A stretch of DNA of 64,000 nt from Bacillales bacterium UBA6449 (GTDB taxonomy: Bacteria > Bacillota_I > Bacilli_A > RFN20 > CAG-288), in NCBI GenBank assembly GCA_002437105.1, contig DJOB01000004.1, forward strand, positions 43,082 to 107,081, read 5' to 3'. The position numbers were made by a program, and so were the translations under genes. Positions 38,468 to 47,335 of this stretch are shown one piece after another. Positions within the stretch are counted from its first letter, which is position 1. Each line of letters opens with the position of its first letter. The notes under the pieces were generated by a model. The model did no database searches and was not told where the DNA came from. It saw only the letters and a list, made by a program, of their open reading frames with translations.

Positions 38468-40789
38468 TCACCTCAGGTTGACCACGGTGGCACCCATCGC
38501 GCCCTCGTTCTCCCCGGCCTCCTGGAAATCCTTGACGATGCGGAGGTGTTTCAGATGATCCCGTATCCCGTTTCGCAGCGCGAAGGTGCCCATGCCGTGG
38601 ACGATGGTCACGCGCGAGATGTGCGCGACGATCGCATCGGAGAGGAACTTGTCGACGACCGGAATCGCTTCGGCCACGGTCATACCGATGATATTCAGCC
38701 GGGTGGAAGCGGTGGCGGCGCGCAGGGTGAAGGCGCGGTCGATCCATTCACCCGAGCGCTTGATGGGGGTGCTGAGGTGGGCCGCATCGGATTTTCTCAG
38801 CTCGTTGAGCGGGACGGTCATCGTCATGCTCCCTACTTGGAAGCGCGCCTTGTTCTTCGAGATTTCCTGAACCTTGCCCGACATGCCGTTGTATACCACG
38901 ATATCTCCCACGGCTATCTTGGTGACCGCATCGCCGGTCTCCTCCGCTTCTTCCTGAGTCAGACCCGCGCGGCTGCGGATGGTGCCGATGATCCGTGCCC
39001 GCTCGTTGAGAGGCAGGTTCTTGACCTGCCCCTGCTTCCAGAATTCCTTGAGCTCGTCGATCATCCGCTGGGAAAGATCCTTGACCTTGTTATCGGCTTT
39101 GCGGCGGATATTCTCCCGCTGCTCGTCGAGCGCTTTGATCGCTGCGTCTCTCTTCTCGATGAGGCGGTTGGCTTCTGCCAGCTTGTCGTTGAGCTGCTGC
39201 TCCAGCTCGTTATTCCGCTGGATCTTCGCGGTCAGTTGAGCTTCGAGACTCTCGAGATCGACCTTGCCTAACGATTTCTTATATTCCTTGGCGCGGTCGA
39301 TCATCTCCTGGGAGATGCCATTGTGTTCTGCTACCTCGAAGGCGTAGGAGTTGCCGACGGCTCCCGAGAGGAAGTGGAAGGTGGGGCGCAGATCCTTCTG
39401 GGAGAATTCCATGGCGCCGGAGAGGATGTCCGTGCGCTCGGCAGCCAGCTTTTTCAGGCCGTCGTAGTGGGTCGTGAAAGCGCCGAACGCCCTCAGGTCG
39501 AGGATGTGCTGGATGAAGGCGAAGCCGAGCGCTTCGCCATCCTCGGGGGAGGTACCCTGTCCGATCTCGTCGACGAGCACCAGCGAGCGACCGGTGGCGG
39601 ACTGGTACATCTCCTTGAGACCCTTCAGGTGTCCGGAGAAGGAAGACAGGTTACCCGACAGTGATTCGGAATCACCAGTCAGAATAAAGACCTGGTCAAA
39701 ACAGGGCAGGATGGCTTCTCTGGCTGGAACTAGCATCCCCATCTGGTTCATGATGGATGCCAGGGCGATAGCCTTGAGCATGACCGATTTTCCACCCGCG
39801 TTAGGTCCGGAGATGATCAGTATGCGCGGCTCGTCTCCGCCTCCTAGCGAGACGGTATTGGCGACCGCCTTATCGAGAGGGATCAGGGGATGGATAAAGT
39901 TCTTGAGCACCAGCCGGGTGGGATCTAGCGAAGCGACGGTGCCATCGTAGGAGTGACCGAAAGCGACCCGCCCGCAGATGGAGTCGAGCTGGTTGTAGGA
40001 GTAATAGTCCCGCTCTAGCTCGGAGAGGTGGTCGCGGAAGCTCTGCGTCAGGTGGGCCATGATCTTGTCGATCTCCGCCATCTCGTCACCGATCAGATTC
40101 TCACGCTTATTCTCCAGCTCCAGCAGCTCGTAGGGGAGGACGAATATCGTCTCGCCCGTCTTCGAACGGTCCACGACGATTCCGGGAACCATCCCTTTTT
40201 CCGCGCTCTTGACCGCCAGGGTCTCCCGTCCGTTGCGGATTGCGGGCTCGGGCAGAGACAGGTGCGAGCGATAGCGATCTCTGAGCCGGGTGATAGCGGT
40301 GGAACACTGGGCTGAGATGGTTCTCAGCTCCCTCCGGATCTGGGCTAGGTTGCCCGAGGCGGTATCGAGGATCTCGCCTTCCGGGGAGAAGGTCTGGTCG
40401 AGCAGCCGCTCGAGCAGGTCCGCCGGCTTGATGTCCAGGGCCAGGTCGGTGAGGAGAGGATAGTTCTCGCCGAGGTTGAAGCGGTCGTGGCAGTCATCCG
40501 TCGCCTTGAGAAAGCTCTTCAGCTGGATGAAGTCTTCGGGTTTCAGGCTCTGGGGTCCCTTGAGTATGTCGAAGATACGCCCGAGGTTCTCCACCGCGAG
40601 GACGGTCATGGTCTTGCCGTTCTCAATCGCCTTCTCGACCTCGCTGAAGTAGCGGTGCAGCCGCTCGAGCGTGGTGGGTTCGCTCTCAAAGCTGGTCAGG
40701 GTCGTGTCCTCCCTATTGGCTCCCGAGGCAAAAAAGCTCCGGAGCTCCGTCACGATACGATCTATCTCACCTTGAACCTGTCTATCCAT
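38468..40789 (-). CDS. mutS2: Endonuclease MutS2 (MutS domains plus a C-terminal Smr domain)
   Basis: Walker A GPNAGGKSV, an MutS ATPase core, a coiled-coil region, and a C-terminal Smr domain (...IIGMTVAEAIPVVDKFLSDAIVAHISRVTIVHGMGTFALRNGIRDHLK). Confidence 0.9.
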   Translation of the reverse strand: MDRQVQGEIDRIVTELRSFFASGANREDTTLTSFESEPTTLERLHRYFSEVEKAIENGKTMTVLAVENLGRIFDILKGPQSLKPEDFIQLKSFLKATDDCHDRFNLGENYPLLTDLALDIKPADLLERLLDQTFSPEGEILDTASGNLAQIRRELRTISAQCSTAITRLRDRYRSHLSLPEPAIRNGRETLAVKSAEKGMVPGIVVDRSKTGETIFVLPYELLELENKRENLIGDEMAEIDKIMAHLTQSFRDHLSELERDYYSYNQLDSICGRVAFGHSYDGTVASLDPTRLVLKNFIHPLIPLDKAVANTVSLGGGDEPRILIISGPNAGGKSVMLKAIALASIMNQMGMLVPAREAILPCFDQVFILTGDSESLSGNLSSFSGHLKGLKEMYQSATGRSLVLVDEIGQGTSPEDGEALGFAFIQHILDLRAFGAFTTHYDGLKKLAAERTDILSGAMEFSQKDLRPTFHFLSGAVGNSYAFEVAEHNGISQEMIDRAKEYKKSLGKVDLESLEAQLTAKIQRNNELEQQLNDKLAEANRLIEKRDAAIKALDEQRENIRRKADNKVKDLSQRMIDELKEFWKQGQVKNLPLNERARIIGTIRSRAGLTQEEAEETGDAVTKIAVGDIVVYNGMSGKVQEISKNKARFQVGSMTMTVPLNELRKSDAAHLSTPIKRSGEWIDRAFTLRAATASTRLNIIGMTVAEAIPVVDKFLSDAIVAHISRVTIVHGMGTFALRNGIRDHLKHLRIVKDFQEAGENEGAMGATVVNLR

Positions 40790-40810
40790 AGTTTTTCGAA
40801 TTCTCCTAGA

Positions 40811-41464
40811 TTAGAAATCCTCTAGCGCATCCTTGATCATCGCGGGATTCTCTACGATCTTCTCCGGACCTTCCTTGAGCACCGCTGCGCGCTGACCGTA
40901 GCCGTAGCTGGCCCAGATCGTGTGGGTGTGCGCCTCTCTTCCCATCGCTATATCGTAAGCCGAATCGCCGATGACGACGGCGGTTGCCAGGTTGGTGATG
41001 CCCAGCTTCTGCAGGGCGAGCAGAGCCATGTCGGGAGCGGGCTTCTTGTGCTTCACCAGATCCTCGCCGATCAGGCAGTCGAAGAGATCGCGGATCCTCA
41101 GAGCCTGAACCATCTCGGCGATCAGCTCCGTCCTCTTGGAGGAGACGACAGCCATCTTATATCCCTGTGCCCTTAGCCAGTTGAGCATCTCGGCCATGCC
41201 GGGATACATCTTGAGGGTCTTAAATGCTTCCTTCCGGTAGATGTCCCGGTAGGTGACACACAGCTCGTCGGCTCTCTTACTGTCTATCTCTGGATGGAGC
41301 ACGAGGAAGGAATCCTTGAGCGGCAGTCCGATGGTGGCGCGGATCCGCTCGTCCGATCGATCCTCGAGCCCCTCCAAGGTAAAGGTGCGGTGGAAGGTCT
41401 GGAGGATGGTAAAGGCGGTATCGCCGATCGTGCCATCGAAATCGAATAGCAAGGCAGAGATCAT
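40811..41464 (-). CDS. HAD-IA family hydrolase (phosphoglycolate phosphatase/PpaX-like)
   Basis: MISALLFDFDGTIGDT (DxDGT motif I), motif II S/T, and K...GDSxxD motifs. Confidence 0.75.
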   Translation of the reverse strand: MISALLFDFDGTIGDTAFTILQTFHRTFTLEGLEDRSDERIRATIGLPLKDSFLVLHPEIDSKRADELCVTYRDIYRKEAFKTLKMYPGMAEMLNWLRAQGYKMAVVSSKRTELIAEMVQALRIRDLFDCLIGEDLVKHKKPAPDMALLALQKLGITNLATAVVIGDSAYDIAMGREAHTHTIWASYGYGQRAAVLKEGPEKIVENPAMIKDALEDF

Positions 41465-41568
41465 ATTCGGTCGTGCTCCTTTCTCCTCTGTGAAACCAGA
41501 GTAAAATCCTAGTTGAAATCGGTTCGAGATACAAACGATGACGCATTATTTTATAGAGGAAAATCAGT

Positions 41569-42474
41569 ATGGAGACTGCCAAGATCAGGGTCGATAGAGC
41601 TAAGGCGCTGGAGATCGCCGAGTTCTATCGGGCTCAGATTATCGATGATCCCAAGCGGCCCTATGATCTATTTCAGGCGGTCACGCCCGATAATGTGCAG
41701 GTGAAGGGATACCGGACCAAGAGCCCCGATTCGTTCACGATCGTCTTCGCAGGCGGGGAGAAGGCACAGCTGGAGGCTCAGATCTTCGTCAAGGATGCGA
41801 ATCGAATCGCGGTATACGATCCCGGTCACTTCTCCGATACGGGTGAACAGATGGGTTCGGACGAGGTGGGAGTGGGTGATTTCTTCGGCCCGATGGTGGT
41901 TACTGCCAGCTATTTTGTTCCTGGTCAGCTGAAGTTTCTGGTCGAGGTCGGTGTCCGTGACTCCAAGAAGCTCACCGATGCCAGGATGTGGGAGATGGGG
42001 CCCGTCCTCTGTTCGCACTTCAAGCACTGCACGGTCGCCGTGTCCGCGGCGAAACTATCCGACTATGTGGATCGCGGGCTCTCAAACCACTGGGTGCTAG
42101 CGAAGCTCCACGATCTAGCGCAGCGCAAGCTGAAGGAGAAGTATCAGATACCCGATGATGTGACGGTCTTCGTCGATCAGTTTGAAGCGGGTTCGCTCTA
42201 CCGGAAGCACGCGGGAGATTCCATGATCGATAACCCTATCATCTTTCAGACTAAGGGGGAGAGCCACTATCCCTCCGTCGCGGTCTCCTCGGTTATCGCG
42301 CGCTATGAGTTCCTCAAGCTCTGGCAGAAGATGGAAAGCGATTTAGGAATGACGATCCCGAAGGGAGCGGGGGCTCTCGTCGATGCTGCATTTCGCGGGT
42401 CGATCGACCGCAACGGCCGGGAGAAGACCCTTAAGTACGTCAAGAGGTTCTTCAGGAATGTCGAGAAGAACTAG
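41569..42474 (+). CDS. rnhC: Ribonuclease HIII
   Basis: N-terminal TBP-like domain, then the RNase HII-like catalytic core GSDEVGVGDFFGPMVV...DSKKLTD. Adjacent to mutS2 as in many Firmicutes. Confidence 0.85.
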   Translation: METAKIRVDRAKALEIAEFYRAQIIDDPKRPYDLFQAVTPDNVQVKGYRTKSPDSFTIVFAGGEKAQLEAQIFVKDANRIAVYDPGHFSDTGEQMGSDEVGVGDFFGPMVVTASYFVPGQLKFLVEVGVRDSKKLTDARMWEMGPVLCSHFKHCTVAVSAAKLSDYVDRGLSNHWVLAKLHDLAQRKLKEKYQIPDDVTVFVDQFEAGSLYRKHAGDSMIDNPIIFQTKGESHYPSVAVSSVIARYEFLKLWQKMESDLGMTIPKGAGALVDAAFRGSIDRNGREKTLKYVKRFFRNVEKN

Positions 42475-42697
42475 TGGTCGATCCTGCTGCTGAGTGGCTT
42501 AGCATCCATTTTCAGCGGATGAAGTCCATCGATCATTGAATCTGGCTGGCGCTCGCTATCTGGATGGCCCGCTTCAGCTTCAGGTGGGTGAATCGTCGAT
42601 CTGGCAAGACTGATCGTCGGGTAGAAGTACTTTCTCACGAAGGATGGAAAACCAGTCTTCTCATCTTTGAAGGTTGGTCATCTAAATTTTTCTAATT

Positions 42698-42728
42698 AAA
42701 AAGCCTGTGGCTTTCCCACAGGTTTTCT
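42698..42728. terminator. Bidirectional intrinsic terminator between the convergent rnhC and rluD
   Basis: AAAAAG CCTGTGG-CTTTC-CCACAGG TTTTCT, with U-tracts available on both strands. It overlaps the rluD stop codon. Confidence 0.6.
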
Positions 42729-43638
42729 AGTCGCCGAACAGATCGCTGATCGCCGATTTTAGATAGTCATCCATCTTGGCGTACAGAGTCATCTTCTTCC
42801 CCGTTATGGGATGCGTGAACTCGATCATGTACGCGTGGAGCAGCTGACCCCGATCGAATCGGCTATCCTTCTTGGGACAGTACAGCGGATCGCCGACGAT
42901 CGGTAATCCGATGTAGGCGAGGTGGGCTCTGATCTGGTGGGTGCGCCCCGTCTCTAGATGGCAGCGGAGCAGGGAGAAGCCATGGTGGGCGGCGATCTTT
43001 TCAAAGTGGGTTACTGCCCTATTTCCCTTGGGTGAGGGGAGAGCCCGATGCTCTTCATGGGTAGGTTTGAGCAGGGGTACATCGACGGTGAAGCGATCCT
43101 CTCGAGCTTCGTTGTAGGTGAGGGCGAGATAGGTCCTCTGCACCGCGTGGACCTTGATCTGCTCCTGAAGGTTGAGCAGGGCTCTAGGAGTCTTGGCTAC
43201 GAGCAGTAGACCGGAGGTATCCTTGTCGATCCGGTGGACGATACCGGGACGTCCCCCCTGCATCATCTCCTCATCGAACTGGAAGTCGTCCGCTCGGGTC
43301 GCGAGAAAGTTCACGAGGGTATCGGTCTGGTGTCCGGGAGCGGTGTGGACCACCAGTCCCCGCGGCTTGTTGAAGACGATGATCGCTTCGTCCTCGTAGA
43401 CCGTCTCTACTCTGATCGAGGGATTGGGGACGATATCCTTGGGTTCTGGAGGCAGAGGCATATAGGTGATCTTTTTCGCTCCCAGGAGGCGTAGTGACGG
43501 CTTGTTGACGGATCGACCGTTGACCTCGATACCGTTCTTGATGATCTTCTGAGCGGTGGCACGCGAGATGTGCAAGGCTTCACTCAGCACCTCGTCGATC
43601 CTGCCCTGCAGTTCAGTCTCTATTGTTTTTGTCTCCAT
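42727..43638 (-). CDS. rluD: 23S rRNA pseudouridine synthase, RluD/RluA family
   Basis: S4 domain at the N-terminus, and catalytic HRIDKDTSGLLLVAKT with the conserved Asp. Confidence 0.9.
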   Translation of the reverse strand: METKTIETELQGRIDEVLSEALHISRATAQKIIKNGIEVNGRSVNKPSLRLLGAKKITYMPLPPEPKDIVPNPSIRVETVYEDEAIIVFNKPRGLVVHTAPGHQTDTLVNFLATRADDFQFDEEMMQGGRPGIVHRIDKDTSGLLLVAKTPRALLNLQEQIKVHAVQRTYLALTYNEAREDRFTVDVPLLKPTHEEHRALPSPKGNRAVTHFEKIAAHHGFSLLRCHLETGRTHQIRAHLAYIGLPIVGDPLYCPKKDSRFDRGQLLHAYMIEFTHPITGKKMTLYAKMDDYLKSAISDLFGD

Positions 43639-44371
43639 CGGTCTTCCTCTCCTTAGTCGGGTCCTGCTGAAGGATATCCTTCAGCTTCTCATCGTCGTCG
43701 AGGTGTTTCTCCGGGTTGCCGCTCTCATCATCTTCTTTTGGCTCACTGGAGTTTCTTTCTGAGATCTCTTTGTTCTTAGCGGCTTCTCTCACCAGCGAGA
43801 TGATCAGCCCGATCACCAGCACGATCACGCCGGCCGTGAGGAGGACATCGGCGATGTTGCAGACGTAGGACAGGAATCCCCAGTCCCCGTTTCCCACGGC
43901 GATCCAGTCGATGACAGCGCCGTCCTTATAGAAGGCGCGGTCGATGAAGTTGCCAAAGCAGCCCGCGATCATCAGGTAGAGCGCATAGCGGATCGTCGGC
44001 GTCTTGGTGTGGAATCGGTAAGCTAGATAGACGATCATCCCGATGCCGGCGATGATCGATACCGAGGCGAGCAGGATGCGCTGACCGGAGAGCGTACCCC
44101 AGGCCATGCCCCGGTTGTAGGTCAGGGTTAGTCCGAGGATATTCTTGCTGTCACCGTAGTGGATGAGCGATTTCAGGTATCCTTCGGGCCAGTAGGCCTG
44201 CATCAGCAGCTTGGTCATCAGATCGAGGAAGAATCCCAAGAACACGAGCCAACCGCCCTTCCTTAGGAAGTAGAGGAATTCGCTGGGCGCTCTCTTTAGC
44301 GCGGCCAGGATCCTGTGGCCGATGCTGGAACTATCTGGCTGCTCCGGCTGTCGTTCTCGGTTATTTTTCAT
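43613..44371 (-). CDS. lspA: Lipoprotein signal peptidase (signal peptidase II) with an unusually long charged C-terminal tail
   Basis: ATG at 44371 with GGAG 7 nt upstream, 8 nt past the ileS stop. Motifs YNRGMAWGTLSG, GNFIDR and NIADVLLTAG are present. The C-terminal roughly 65 aa are Lys/Glu/Asp-rich. The gene overlaps the rluD start by 26 nt. Confidence 0.8.
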   Translation of the reverse strand: MKNNRERQPEQPDSSSIGHRILAALKRAPSEFLYFLRKGGWLVFLGFFLDLMTKLLMQAYWPEGYLKSLIHYGDSKNILGLTLTYNRGMAWGTLSGQRILLASVSIIAGIGMIVYLAYRFHTKTPTIRYALYLMIAGCFGNFIDRAFYKDGAVIDWIAVGNGDWGFLSYVCNIADVLLTAGVIVLVIGLIISLVREAAKNKEISERNSSEPKEDDESGNPEKHLDDDEKLKDILQQDPTKERKTDGDKNNRD

Positions 44372-47108
44372 CTGCTTCTCCAACTTTCTTGCAGTAGGCG
44401 TGATAGGCCCGGAGGCAGCGGTCGCACATATTGCCATCGGGAGTCTGGTTGACCCGGTCGAAGTAGGACCAGCACCGGTCGCAGCGCTGACCAGCGAATC
44501 TCGTCACCCGGTTGTTTTCACCCAGGGTGATTTTCGCAAAGCCCAGCATCCGAGCTATCTCATCCGGGCCGATACTGTTGAACAGCTTGATGAATTCGGG
44601 GGTGGAAGAGACCTCCACCTGACTCTCGGAAGTCTTCTTGAGGGTCGAATCCTTCGACTTTGCCTCCTCCATGGCTCGGTTGACCATCGTGCGCAGCTTC
44701 ATGAAGGGCTGGTAGATATCCGCGTCGAGCTCCGGGTCGAAAGGAAGGTCGGAGAAGCGATCTAGGTTGGAGAACTCCTTCTTCGAACCGGGCAGGGCCT
44801 GGTAGGCCTCGTCGGCGGTGAAGGCGAGTATGGGGGTGTAGAGCAGAGCGAGGGTCTTCACCAGCGTGTAGAGCGTCCGCTGAATCGCCTTTCTCCTGGG
44901 GGAGTTGGGCTCGTCGCAGTAGAGCGCATCCTTGGAGATGTCCAGGTACCAGCCGGAAAGATCGGAGACGAGGAAGTTGAGAAGCTCGGTAGAAGCGGAC
45001 AGGAAGTCGTACTGGCTGTAGGACTTCCGGACCCTGGTAGAAACCTGGGCCAGCCGGTTGAGGATCATCCGATCGGCGAGGGAGAGCACTTCTCCGCCCC
45101 GGGTAGGATCGAAGGCGTGAGCCTCGTCATCCCACAGGTTGGAGAGCATGAACTTGAAGGTGTTTCTGATCTTTCGGTACTCTTCGGATACCGATTTGAG
45201 CAGGTCCTGCGTCAGAGCTATCTCGGCCGTGGTGAAGTCGATGGAAGCCACCCAGAGGCGGAAGACATCAGCGCCGTAGGCGTTGCAGATAGCTTCGGGG
45301 TAGATACCGTTCTTCTTGGACTTGGAGAACTTCTGTCCGTTCTGATCGACGATGAAGCCGTTGGTGACGATAGCGCGGTAGGGGCTGATGCCATTGAGCG
45401 CGACGGAGATGATCATGGAGGCGTTGTACCAGCCGCGGTACTGGTCGTTACCCTCGAGGATCAGATCTGCCGGATAGGGTAGACCGCGGTTCTTCTCAGC
45501 GTTGAGCCAGCTGGATCCCGAGTCGAACCAGACATCCATGATGTCGACTTCCTTGGTGAACTTCCCATCGGGAGAGTGGGGGTTGGTATAGCCTTGAGGC
45601 AGGAAGCTCTCGGCGGGCTGGTCATACCAGCAGTCGGAGCCCTTCTCTCTAATCTGCGCTTCGATATTAGCGAAGACTTCAGGATCGTTTATAGGAGTGC
45701 CATCCTGGCAGTAGATGATAGGAATGGGAACACCCCATGCCCGCTGACGCGAGATGCACCAATCGCCGCGATTCTCGAGCATGTTGCGAAGTCTGACCTT
45801 ACCCCACGCGGGCAGGAAATTCACCTGATCGCAGTTGTCGAGCAGGCTCTTTCGGATCGAGTCGAGCGAGCAGAACCACTGAGGGGCCGTACGGAAGATG
45901 AGGGGCTTGCCGTTTCGCGCATCCACGGGGTAGGAGTGGACGATGTCCTGCTCCTTGAGGAGGGCGCCCACCTCGGTCAGCATCTGGATCACGATATCGT
46001 CCGCCTTGGCATAGAAGACACCGGCGAGCCTCTCGCCGCACTGGGCGGTCAGGCACCCTTTGCTATCCACGGGGCAGTAGGGTTTGAGACCGTATTTCAT
46101 ACCCACTCGGTAGTCGTCCTCGCCCAGTCCGGGTGCGGTGTGAACGCAGCCGGTTCCGTCGTCGGCGGTGACGTGCTTTCCCACGATGACGATCGAGTCG
46201 CGATCGTAGAAGGGATGGCGGCAGACCGCGCCTTCCAGGTCTCGACCCCTGTAGGTCCGCTTGAGCTTGACGTGGGTCAGATTCAGCTCGGCGACCAGTT
46301 TGTCCTGCAGGGAGCGGAGGAAGATCAGCCGCCCCTGGTCGGTCTCGTAGAGGCCGTACTCCATATCGGGGTTGAGACAGATGGCGAGGTTGGAAGGGAT
46401 GGTCCAAGGGGTAGTGGTCCAGATGACGAAAGCATCACCGACCTGCAGATCCTTGACGGGGGTCTTGACGCGGAAGCGGACATAGAGGGTCTTAGCGGGC
46501 AGGTTCTTGTACTCGATATCGGCCTGGGCACAGGCGGTCTCCGAGATGGGGGACCAGTGGACGGGCTTCTCGCCGCGGTAGATCAATCCCTTGCGGTACA
46601 TCTCGGCGAAGACGTGAATCTCATCGGCCTCGTAGTCGTTGGTGAGGGTGATGTAGGGGTCCTCGAAATGACCGACCAGCTCGAGTCGGCGGGCTTGACC
46701 TTTCTGGTGCTCGACCTGCTTGAGCGCGTACTCGCGGCAGAGCTGCCTAAACTGGGAACGGGTCAGGCTCTTTCGGTCGACTCCCGATTTGGTGATCTCG
46801 TTCTCGATGGGGAGACCGTGCGTGTCCCAGCCGGGGACGAACTCACAGTGGAATCCCTCCATGGTCTTCGAGCGGATGATGATATCTTTGAGGACCATAT
46901 TCAGTCCGTGTCCCGCGTGCAGATCGCCGTTGGCGTAGGGAGGACCGTCGTGCAGGTAGAATTCCCGGCCACCTTCCGTCTCCTGCAGCATCTTCAGGTA
47001 GAGTCCATCGCGCGCGATCTTCTCTACATATTCAGGCTCTCTCTTAGGCAAGTCTCCCCGCATCGGGAAAGTGCCTTTGGGCATACAGAGCGTCTTTTTG
47101 ATTTCCAT
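44361..47108 (-). CDS. ileS: Isoleucine--tRNA ligase
   Basis: 915 aa. HIGH motif (PPYANGDLHAGHGLN), KMSKS motif (KFSKSKKN), an editing domain and a C-terminal Zn-binding CDRCWSY...CDRC. Confidence 0.97.
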   Translation of the reverse strand: MEIKKTLCMPKGTFPMRGDLPKREPEYVEKIARDGLYLKMLQETEGGREFYLHDGPPYANGDLHAGHGLNMVLKDIIIRSKTMEGFHCEFVPGWDTHGLPIENEITKSGVDRKSLTRSQFRQLCREYALKQVEHQKGQARRLELVGHFEDPYITLTNDYEADEIHVFAEMYRKGLIYRGEKPVHWSPISETACAQADIEYKNLPAKTLYVRFRVKTPVKDLQVGDAFVIWTTTPWTIPSNLAICLNPDMEYGLYETDQGRLIFLRSLQDKLVAELNLTHVKLKRTYRGRDLEGAVCRHPFYDRDSIVIVGKHVTADDGTGCVHTAPGLGEDDYRVGMKYGLKPYCPVDSKGCLTAQCGERLAGVFYAKADDIVIQMLTEVGALLKEQDIVHSYPVDARNGKPLIFRTAPQWFCSLDSIRKSLLDNCDQVNFLPAWGKVRLRNMLENRGDWCISRQRAWGVPIPIIYCQDGTPINDPEVFANIEAQIREKGSDCWYDQPAESFLPQGYTNPHSPDGKFTKEVDIMDVWFDSGSSWLNAEKNRGLPYPADLILEGNDQYRGWYNASMIISVALNGISPYRAIVTNGFIVDQNGQKFSKSKKNGIYPEAICNAYGADVFRLWVASIDFTTAEIALTQDLLKSVSEEYRKIRNTFKFMLSNLWDDEAHAFDPTRGGEVLSLADRMILNRLAQVSTRVRKSYSQYDFLSASTELLNFLVSDLSGWYLDISKDALYCDEPNSPRRKAIQRTLYTLVKTLALLYTPILAFTADEAYQALPGSKKEFSNLDRFSDLPFDPELDADIYQPFMKLRTMVNRAMEEAKSKDSTLKKTSESQVEVSSTPEFIKLFNSIGPDEIARMLGFAKITLGENNRVTRFAGQRCDRCWSYFDRVNQTPDGNMCDRCLRAYHAYCKKVGEADEK

Positions 47109-47335
47109 AGTCCACTCCTTTTTGTTAGTTCAGTGCACAAGAAAAGACACTGGAAAATAACGTTGATTATTTTAATAGCAAAGAGGGTATTTTGGCGATG
47201 AAAAAGCGGATAAACTGTTCCGGAAGACCATTCGGCTGTAGAGAGACCATAAATTATTATCGGTTTCAGCTTGCATTTTCGAGTGTCATTCAAGTATACG
47301 AGTAGAGATGTAGTTAGGGCCGCCCGCTATATTCG

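Noticed and set aside
45576-47201. 541-aa plus-strand ORF
   Set aside because: Antisense to ileS.
47109-47335. T-box leader for ileS
   Set aside because: No GGGTGGTACCGCG-like antiterminator core on the coding strand. Only a weak 4-bp hairpin plus U-tract was found.
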